Both the position numbers and the translations under genes were made by a program. 32,265 bases of DNA from an uncultured Dehalococcoidia bacterium (lineage in GTDB: Bacteria > Chloroflexota > Dehalococcoidia > Lucifugimonadales > UBA826). Positions 25,209 to 32,265 of the stretch are shown here, one piece after another (positions within the stretch are counted from its first letter, which is position 1; each line of letters starts with the position of its first letter). The notes beneath the pieces are model-generated. The model was not told the DNA's origin. It did no database searches and saw only the letters and a program-made list of their open reading frames with translations. The DNA lies in the NCBI GenBank assembly GCA_964462705.1, contig CAYWYV010000003.1, positions 3,588-35,852 of the forward strand, given 5' to 3'.

Positions 25209-26882
25209 TTAATATTGCCTCACGGTTGGAGTCCAATCCGTTATCACTACATCCTGGTATGAGATATTGGGTTTTCCATCCTTGTCCGAGACCACTATGT
25301 GCTTTAGCCAGTTTTCATCGTCTCTATCCGGCATATCCGTTCTGGTGTGGGCCCCTCGGCTTTCCGTTCTGTCAAATGCACTGGAGGCTATGGTCTCTGC
25401 ACATTCGATCATAAACCCAAGTTCAAGTGTGAATAATAAATTCGTATTGAATGTGTTGGTTTTGTCAGCTACATAAACAGATTGTGCCCGTTCCTTAATC
25501 AAACTAAGTTTGTTAATACCTTCCGCCATGCTAGAGTTTTCCCGGAATACGCCAAAGTGCTCTTTCATGGCCGTTCCCATATCAAACCTAATTTTTCCAA
25601 ATGATTCATTTTTGTCATTCAATAGTAGTCTGTCGATGTTTTCTCTATCGGATTTAGCGGCGGAGTCATCTATGGATAAATGTGAAGTGTTTTTTGCCCT
25701 CTCTGCTGCATGCACCCCGGATCTCCTACCAAATACGAGCGTGTCCAAAAGTGAGTTTGCTCCGAGCCTATTTCCACCATGAACACTTACGCAGGCAACT
25801 TCCCCCGCTGCGTAAAGTCCAGGAACTCCAGTTTCTCCATCCACATTGGCTTTAACTCCCCCCATTTGGTAATGCATTCCAGGCATAATTGGCACAGGTT
25901 CTTTAGCCATGTCGACGTTGGCAAAATCCATTGCCAATTCTCTTATTTGTGAAAGTCGCTCACTGATGTATTTTTCACCTAGATGCCGTACGTCTAGGAG
26001 GACGCAACCATCAATTCCTCTTCCCTCATTGATCTCTGTTTGTTCACATCTAGAAACAACGTCACGTGATGCTAACTCCTTAAATTCGGGAGCGTATTTG
26101 AGCATAAATCTATCATTCTCGGAATTTAGAAGATAGGCACCCTCTCCTCTCGCTGCTTCGCTTATTAGGACGCCACTTCCCTTCAGGGTGGTCGGATGAT
26201 ACTGGACCATTTCCATGTCCATAAGAGAAGCTCCGGCCTTATAAGCCAAACTCATTCCGTCCCCAGTGCAAATCATGGCGTTTGTACTGGGTTCAAATAC
26301 CCTACCCAGACCCCCAGCCGCCATAATTACGGCTTTAGCTCTTACTACTTCAATTTTCCCAGTTCTTATGTCCATCATTACCACACCACCGCATTCACCA
26401 TCCCGTTCAATAAGGGAGAGCACGAACCATTCCTCGTAAACAAGAGCCCCTGCTTTTACGATTTGCTCGTATAGCACATGGAGTAATGCCTGACCCGTAA
26501 AGTCAGCCACAAAAAATGTTCTCGCTTGGCGTTGGCCACCAAAATTTCTGGTCCCTAGTCTGCCTTCTTCATCTCTGTTAAATATTGCTCCCATGTGTTC
26601 CATGGCAATTACTTCGTCACCTGCTTCTCGACACATAATCTCGATGGCATCTTGGTCACCTAGGAAATCACTTCCTTTGATGGTGTCATAAGCATGGTCT
26701 CGCCAATCATCGCCGCGATCAGTCAATGCTGCGTTGATTCCCCCCTGGGCCGCATTGGAGTGGCTACGAACGGGATGCACTTTGGTAACAACAGCAACAT
26801 CCACGCCAGCCTCCGTAGCCGCTAAAGCCGCTCTCATACCGGCAAGGCCGGCACCTATAATAAGAACATCGTGGTCATACAT
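25209..26882 (-). CDS. sdhA: Succinate dehydrogenase/fumarate reductase flavoprotein
   Basis: GAGLAG, covalent-FAD [44 protein letters not shown]. Confidence 0.95.
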   Translation of the reverse strand: MYDHDVLIIGAGLAGMRAALAATEAGVDVAVVTKVHPVRSHSNAAQGGINAALTDRGDDWRDHAYDTIKGSDFLGDQDAIEIMCREAGDEVIAMEHMGAIFNRDEEGRLGTRNFGGQRQARTFFVADFTGQALLHVLYEQIVKAGALVYEEWFVLSLIERDGECGGVVMMDIRTGKIEVVRAKAVIMAAGGLGRVFEPSTNAMICTGDGMSLAYKAGASLMDMEMVQYHPTTLKGSGVLISEAARGEGAYLLNSENDRFMLKYAPEFKELASRDVVSRCEQTEINEGRGIDGCVLLDVRHLGEKYISERLSQIRELAMDFANVDMAKEPVPIMPGMHYQMGGVKANVDGETGVPGLYAAGEVACVSVHGGNRLGANSLLDTLVFGRRSGVHAAERAKNTSHLSIDDSAAKSDRENIDRLLLNDKNESFGKIRFDMGTAMKEHFGVFRENSSMAEGINKLSLIKERAQSVYVADKTNTFNTNLLFTLELGFMIECAETIASSAFDRTESRGAHTRTDMPDRDDENWLKHIVVSDKDGKPNISYQDVVITDWTPTVRQY

Positions 26883-27004
26883 CTGTGTACCCCCTAAAGG
26901 TCAAACAACTCAACAGGCAACGATAGCATAGGGGTGTCTGCCTAACAATCTTTATTTAAATATTGTCTGGTTGAATGTTCCAACACTGTCCGATAGATTA
27001 TCGA

Positions 27005-27034
27005 TTGACTGAAGAGCATCTGGAATGGTAAAAT
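27005..27034 (+). promoter_or_regulatory. Putative promoter of the T-box/ilv operon
   Basis: TTGACT (27005-27010)-N18-TAAAAT (27029-27034) with extended -10 TG. Confidence 0.6.
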
Positions 27035-27065
27035 GTATCGTCTTAGTTTAGTTAAATATTTCAGA

Positions 27066-27392
27066 TGCTGAGAAAGGGAGTAGTAGCTAGTTTAGAACTG
27101 ATTTAGAGAATTGGGTAATAGCTGAAAGCCTGATATCGGAGTCACTAGCGAACTCGCCCCGGAGCACCTACCCTGAAAGAAAAAGTTGAGGTTTTAGCCT
27201 TATGCGAGATGTTAGGAGATATTACCTGACCTTCGCAGAAGGTACTGTATAACCCAGCTGAAATAGGGGACGGGCGATAGTTACGTTATAGCTTAATGAG
27301 TGGCTTTGAGGAAGTATTTCCTAAAGGCAACGTGGGTGGTACCACGGGAATTATAAATGCAATCCCGTCCCGTTTATAGGGCGGGATTTTTT
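27066..27392 (+). ncRNA. T-box riboswitch, Leu specifier (CUC), transcriptional
   Basis: Stem I with GA motif, AGTA, AGAGA and GCTGAAA; specifier GAA-CTC (27153-27155); IIA/B pseudoknot AGTTA-CGTTA-TAGCT-TAATG; stem III; T-box AACGTGGGTGGTACCACG (UGGU fits tRNA-Leu discriminator A); terminator follows. Confidence 0.95.
27361..27392 (+). terminator. T-box attenuator terminator
   Basis: AATCCCGTCC / GGGCGGGATT followed by a T-tract. Confidence 0.88.
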
Positions 27393-27436
27393 GGTTTTTG
27401 GCATTTTGATTTAACTCCGAGGAAAAGGAAAATAAT

Positions 27437-29131
27437 ATGAAGATGAGAGGAGCACAGATAGTCTGCGAAAGCCTTCTCCGTGAAGGCTGCGACGTTGTTT
27501 TTGGTATTCCCGGTGGGGCTATATTGCCGCTTTATCAAACGTTGCCTGAATTTCCTAATCTGCGCCACATATTAGTTAGACATGAGCAAGGTGCTGCACA
27601 CGCAGCGGATGGATATGCAAGAGTCACTGGAAAACCTGGAGTGGCTTTCGCGACTTCAGGCCCGGGGGCAACAAACCTTGTCACCGGCATTGCTGCAGCA
27701 CAGATGGACTCTGTGCCCATGGTGATAGTGACGGGTCAGGTAGGTCGCCCTGCTATTGGCACAGACGCCTTTCAAGAGACCGATATTACGGGAATTACTC
27801 TACCGATTACTAAACATAATTTTCTCGTAATGGATGCTAATGACATAGCTAGAGTAATAAGAGAGGCATTCTTTATTGCAAATAGTGGTAGGCCAGGCCC
27901 TGTTCTTGTAGACATCCCCAGAGATGTGTTTATGGAAGAAGTAGACTATGAGGAACCTCAAAAACTTGATTTGCCCGGATATAAGCCAACAGTTTCTGGA
28001 AACAATCGACAAATAAAGAAGGCAGCAGGCCTCATACAGTCAGCTAAAAAGCCTGTAATCCTGGCGGGTCATGGTGTCATCATATCCCGAGCCTATGATG
28101 AATTGAGGGAATTGGCTGAAAAGGCTCAAATCCCCGTAATAACAACTCTGCTCGGCATAAGTTGTTTTCCAGAGGATCATGTTCTTTGGACGGGTTGGCC
28201 TGGTATGCATGGAATGGCCTATTCTAGTCTTGCGCTGGATGAGGCAGATTTGATAATTGCATTGGGTATGAGGTTTGACGACAGGATTACTGGTAATGTT
28301 GAAAAATTTTCTTCTAAATCCAAAAAGATACATGTAGATATTGATCCTTCTGAGATTGGGAAAATTGTTTCCGTAGACGTACCGATAGTTGGGGATGTCA
28401 AAGAGGTACTTCAAAAGCTTAATAAGCATGTTGATGCTTCTACTCACGTTGATTGGCTTAAGAGGATTGAAATCCTGAAAGAGGATCATCCTTCACTCAG
28501 ATTGCCCGATACGGACAAGTTGATTGCTAGGCAAGTTATAAGGGATATTTCTGATGTAACTGATGGCGATGCCACTATTGTCACAGGTGTTGGCCAGCAC
28601 CAGATGTGGGCAGCCCAGCATTATGAGTTCAAAAATCCATGCTCTCTCCTGACATCTGGAGGGTCTGGCACCATGGGATATGAAGTTCCAGCTGCAATGG
28701 GTGCCCAAGTGGCCAAGCCGGAGGGAACCGTATGGTCTATTGCTGGAGATGGTGGGTTCCAGATGACCTTGTGTGAGTTGGCGACCATTGTAGAAAATAA
28801 ACTTCCAGTCAAGTTTGCAATTTTAAACAATGGATTTCTGGGTATGGTGAGACAGTGGCAGGAGATCTTTTTTGAAAGTTCCTATGTGTCGACTGGCTAC
28901 TCAGGCAACCCTGACTTTGTAAAGTTGGCTGAAGCGTACGACATTAAGGGAATAAGAGTTACAGATAAAACTCAAGTGAAAACTGCGATACGTGAAGCAA
29001 TGGAACATGACGGTCCTGTTCTCATCGATTTTATAGTAGAACAAGAGGAAAATGTTTATCCGATGATCCCATCGGGGATGACGGTTAAGGACATGATTGA
29101 AGAGCCTTCAAGCGAACGGGTGACGGCATGA
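27437..29131 (+). CDS. ilvB: Acetolactate synthase large subunit
   Basis: FGIPGGAILP, RHEQ, TSGPGATN, RFDDR, GQHQMW, GDG...NN TPP motif, GMVRQWQ. Confidence 0.96.
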   Translation: MKMRGAQIVCESLLREGCDVVFGIPGGAILPLYQTLPEFPNLRHILVRHEQGAAHAADGYARVTGKPGVAFATSGPGATNLVTGIAAAQMDSVPMVIVTGQVGRPAIGTDAFQETDITGITLPITKHNFLVMDANDIARVIREAFFIANSGRPGPVLVDIPRDVFMEEVDYEEPQKLDLPGYKPTVSGNNRQIKKAAGLIQSAKKPVILAGHGVIISRAYDELRELAEKAQIPVITTLLGISCFPEDHVLWTGWPGMHGMAYSSLALDEADLIIALGMRFDDRITGNVEKFSSKSKKIHVDIDPSEIGKIVSVDVPIVGDVKEVLQKLNKHVDASTHVDWLKRIEILKEDHPSLRLPDTDKLIARQVIRDISDVTDGDATIVTGVGQHQMWAAQHYEFKNPCSLLTSGGSGTMGYEVPAAMGAQVAKPEGTVWSIAGDGGFQMTLCELATIVENKLPVKFAILNNGFLGMVRQWQEIFFESSYVSTGYSGNPDFVKLAEAYDIKGIRVTDKTQVKTAIREAMEHDGPVLIDFIVEQEENVYPMIPSGMTVKDMIEEPSSERVTA

Positions 29132-29664
29132 CGACTCGTATAGATAAACACACTATTACTGCCCTAGTAGAAGACCAACCTGGTGTCCTTAATCGTATTT
29201 CGAGTATGTTTAGACGTAGAGGTTACAATATCTCGAGCTTGGCTGTTGGGCAGAGTGAGACCGATGGTCTGTCGAGGATGACGTTTGTGGTGGAGGGTGA
29301 TCCTGAAACAGTCGAAATGGTCGCAAAAAACCTTCATAAGCTTGTTGAAGTTATCAAAGTGGTAAACATTTCTTCTGATAACACCGTGTCTCGTGAACTC
29401 GCCCTGGTCAGAGTTAATGCCGATTTGACGACTAGGAGCGAGATAATGCAGATTGTCGATATTTTTCGCGCTAAGATCGTCGATGTATCCCAAGGAACTT
29501 TAATTGTGGAAGTGACCGGAGATGAAAATAAAGTAGATTCTCTTGTGGATTTGTTACGAACATTTGGGGTACACGAGGTTATGAGAACTGGGACCATAGC
29601 CATGAGTAGGGGAGTTTCATTCGAGGGTGATACCTCAGGAATCACATTAGGGAAGCAGTCTTAA
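29128..29664 (+). CDS. ilvN: Acetolactate synthase small regulatory subunit
   Basis: ACT domain [29 protein letters not shown]. Confidence 0.95.
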   Translation: MTTRIDKHTITALVEDQPGVLNRISSMFRRRGYNISSLAVGQSETDGLSRMTFVVEGDPETVEMVAKNLHKLVEVIKVVNISSDNTVSRELALVRVNADLTTRSEIMQIVDIFRAKIVDVSQGTLIVEVTGDENKVDSLVDLLRTFGVHEVMRTGTIAMSRGVSFEGDTSGITLGKQS

Positions 29665-29701
29665 AACAAGGGAAATTAAAAAATCAACGGGAGAATCGCC
29701 A

Positions 29702-30703
29702 ATGCCTGCGAATATATATTATGAAACCGATGCTGATATGTCGCTACTTGAAGACAAAAAAATAGCCATCATTGGGTACGGTAGTCAGGGACATGCACAT
29801 GCCCTTAATCTGAAGGACTCAGGTCTTAATGTTGCAGTGGGACTGTATGAAGGTAGCAAAAGTTGGGAAGCGGCTGAAGAAGAAGGTCTAGAGGTGGGAA
29901 CTGTTGCGGATGTTTCTGCTAAGTCCGATGTCATCATGATCCTGATTCCTGACCATTTGCAATCGACGGTCTATAAAGAGTCCATATTACCTTACCTCCT
30001 TCCTGGAAAGACGCTTATGTTCGCCCATGGATTCAATATTCACTACGATGCTATTGTTCCTCCTGAAGGAGTGGATGTTTCCATGGTGGCGCCTAAAGCT
30101 CCAGGTCACAGAATGCGGGAGATATATACCAAGGATTCGGGAGTTCCAGGCCTATTGGCTATACATCAGGATGCAAGTGGGAACGCCCATAGTATTGGAT
30201 TGGCATATGCTCGTGGTGTTGGCTGTACAAGAGCGGGTGTTCTTGACACAACCTTCAAGGAAGAGACTGAGACAGACTTATTTGGGGAACAAGCAGTATT
30301 GTGTGGAGGGGTTGCCGCACTCGTCAAAGCCGCATTTGAAACTCTTGTGGAGGCTGGGTATCAGCCCGAGTCAGCCTATTTTGAATGTATGCATGAACTT
30401 AAGATGATTGTGGATCTTTTTTACCAAGGGGGTATGGAGTATATGCGTTATTCCATCAGTGACACCGCTGAGTACGGAGACTATACACGAGGCCCAGTCG
30501 TTATAGATGAGAGAGTAAAAGAAAACATGCGTAAAGTATTGGATCAAGTTCAGGATGGTACTTTTGCCAGAGAGTGGATAACTGAGAACGATGAAGGTAG
30601 ACCAACATTTGATCGACTAAGGAGTGAGAATGCTGGTCATCCTATTGAAAGTGTTGGTAAAGAGCTAAGAGGTATGATGGCTTTCCTATCAGATGCGGAT
30701 TAA
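29702..30703 (+). CDS. ilvC: Ketol-acid reductoisomerase
   Basis: [44 protein letters not shown]. Confidence 0.97.
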   Translation: MPANIYYETDADMSLLEDKKIAIIGYGSQGHAHALNLKDSGLNVAVGLYEGSKSWEAAEEEGLEVGTVADVSAKSDVIMILIPDHLQSTVYKESILPYLLPGKTLMFAHGFNIHYDAIVPPEGVDVSMVAPKAPGHRMREIYTKDSGVPGLLAIHQDASGNAHSIGLAYARGVGCTRAGVLDTTFKEETETDLFGEQAVLCGGVAALVKAAFETLVEAGYQPESAYFECMHELKMIVDLFYQGGMEYMRYSISDTAEYGDYTRGPVVIDERVKENMRKVLDQVQDGTFAREWITENDEGRPTFDRLRSENAGHPIESVGKELRGMMAFLSDAD

Positions 30704-30920
30704 TTTTTTTGTGACAGCCAGTTAAAAGAGTTTAAAGATATTGAGTCTTAGTATAAATAATAAACTTGAAGTTTTTTCCACTACGGAGGAAGAACACGCA
30801 GTTCGCTACAGTGTTTTGGTCTTGGCGAGGCTGAAGCCGGCGTACTGCGTTGTCCTGTGAAACTTAATTGTAATTACGTAATCAGATAGAGGCTTGTTAG
30901 CGAATTAAAAGGAGCCCCAA

Positions 30921-32265
30921 ATGTCACAGGACAAGGTAACAATTTTTGATACGACGTTGAGAGACGGAGAGCAATCAGCTGGTATAGGTCTTACCACCCA
31001 AGAGAAGTTGGAGATTGCCCGTCAGCTTGAGAGACTAGGTGTTGATGTAATTGAAGCTGGATTTGCCGCCAGTTCTCCGGGAGATTTGGAAGCCGTTCAG
31101 AAAATTGCGGCTGAAATCAGAAAACCCATTATTACCTCTCTCGCACGATGTTATATTCCCGACGTTGATGCCGCTTGGGAAGGAGTGAAAGGGGCTGAAA
31201 AGCCAAGAATCCACGTTTTTATTTCTAGCTCAGATAATCACATCACAAATTTGCTTAGGAAGAACCCAGAGGAGGTGATGGATACTTCTGTGGCTTCGGT
31301 AGAAAGAGCAAAGAGTTACTGTGATGACGTGGAATTTTCTCCTATGGACGCAACTAGAACTGATCCTGAATACCTTTTTAAGATGCTTGAGGCAGTGATA
31401 GACGCGGGTGCCACTACCGTGAACATAGCGGATACAGTAGGCTACACAATCCCATCTGAATTTGCTCAACGGATAGAAGATATAAAGCAAAATGTACCTA
31501 ATATCGATAAAGCCGTCATTAGTGTGCATTGTCACAATGACTTGGGATTGTCTGTATCAAATAGCCTAGCGGCAGTGAGAGCGGGGGTAAGACAGGTTGA
31601 GGGATGTATTAACGGGTTGGGAGAAAGAGCCGGAAACGCAGCACTCGAAGAGATAATCATGGCTATAGAAACGCGAGACGATCTTTTCAATGTTACAACT
31701 AACATTGACACTACTCAGATATATCGGACTAGTCGTCTTGTTAGCGACATTACTGGTTTTCCTGTGCAACCTAATAAAGCCATAGTTGGCGCCAATGCAT
31801 TTAGGCATGCATCAGGTATACATCAGGATGGAGTTATTAAAGACACAAGTACCTATGAAATTATTGACCCAAGGTCCGTTGGGTGGCCAAGTAACTCACT
31901 CGTTTTAGGCAAACTCAGTGGCAGAGCGGGTCTTAGGTCTAGGCTGGAGGAGTTGGGTTATCAGCTCGAACAAGAAGAGCTGAATGAAGTATTTGATGCG
32001 TTTAAGAATCTAGCGGACAGGAAACGTGAGGTTACTGATCAAGACTTAGAGTCTTTAATGTCATCCAGAAGACGTATTGCAGATGTGCCCACAATATATG
32101 AACTGGAACACGTGCAGGTTTCTACTGGCGATCATGAAGTTCCCACTGCAACCGTAAAGCTGATAGACCCTGATGGGCAAATAATTGTTGATGCGGCTAC
32201 AGGAACTGGCCCTGTTGACGCTGTCTACCAGGCAATAAACCGACTTATCGGCGTAGACAACAAGT
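30921..32265 (+). CDS. leuA: 2-isopropylmalate synthase (3' truncated; absent from ORF track)
   Basis: SD AAGGAG then ATG 30921: [19 protein letters not shown]..., [41 protein letters not shown]; runs to the window end. Confidence 0.95.
   Translation, partial: MSQDKVTIFDTTLRDGEQSAGIGLTTQEKLEIARQLERLGVDVIEAGFAASSPGDLEAVQKIAAEIRKPIITSLARCYIPDVDAAWEGVKGAEKPRIHVFISSSDNHITNLLRKNPEEVMDTSVASVERAKSYCDDVEFSPMDATRTDPEYLFKMLEAVIDAGATTVNIADTVGYTIPSEFAQRIEDIKQNVPNIDKAVISVHCHNDLGLSVSNSLAAVRAGVRQVEGCINGLGERAGNAALEEIIMAIETRDDLFNVTTNIDTTQIYRTSRLVSDITGFPVQPNKAIVGANAFRHASGIHQDGVIKDTSTYEIIDPRSVGWPSNSLVLGKLSGRAGLRSRLEELGYQLEQEELNEVFDAFKNLADRKREVTDQDLESLMSSRRRIADVPTIYELEHVQVSTGDHEVPTATVKLIDPDGQIIVDAATGTGPVDAVYQAINRLIGVDNK

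Noticed and set aside
927-31808. Many short antisense or alternate-frame ORFs in the track (e.g. 1325-1714, 17397-17885, 22440-23009, 28040-28489, 31230-31535)
   Set aside because: Shadow ORFs of well-supported genes, with no recognisable motifs.

Overview
Chromosomal, mostly housekeeping window read with the standard code 11. Gene content and style suggest an aerobic Chloroflexota/Dehalococcoidia (SAR202-like) bacterium; this is an inference, not a database result. In order: nurA (5'-truncated)-HAS-barrel-herA DNA end-processing cluster; minimal zincin; ManD/RspA-like enolase-superfamily dehydratase; SCP2-type thiolase-fold protein plus DUF35 partner; DUF971 and hpt; DUF503; a cobalamin/2x[4Fe-4S] reductive-dehalogenase-like protein; a SelW/Rdx-family selenoprotein (CxxU, in-frame UGA, truncated in the ORF track); an internally duplicated membrane protein and a TauE permease; thrS-infC (AUA start)-rpmI (frameshifted)-rplT; a complete caa3-type cytochrome c oxidase cluster with assembly genes; tRNA-Pro(CGG); an MFS transporter; a type-E succinate dehydrogenase (sdhAB plus HdrB-like CCG subunit); and a Leu T-box with a very long stem II ahead of ilvB-ilvN-ilvC-leuA (3'-truncated). 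Best leads: the UGA-recoded Rdx protein beside the RdhA-like gene, unassigned structured RNAs (before leuA, between hpt and DUF503, before sdhA), a His/Cys-rich insertion in oxidase subunit III, and two micro-repeat lesions (rpmI; hpt/DUF971 junction). No CRISPR array or mobile element was seen.
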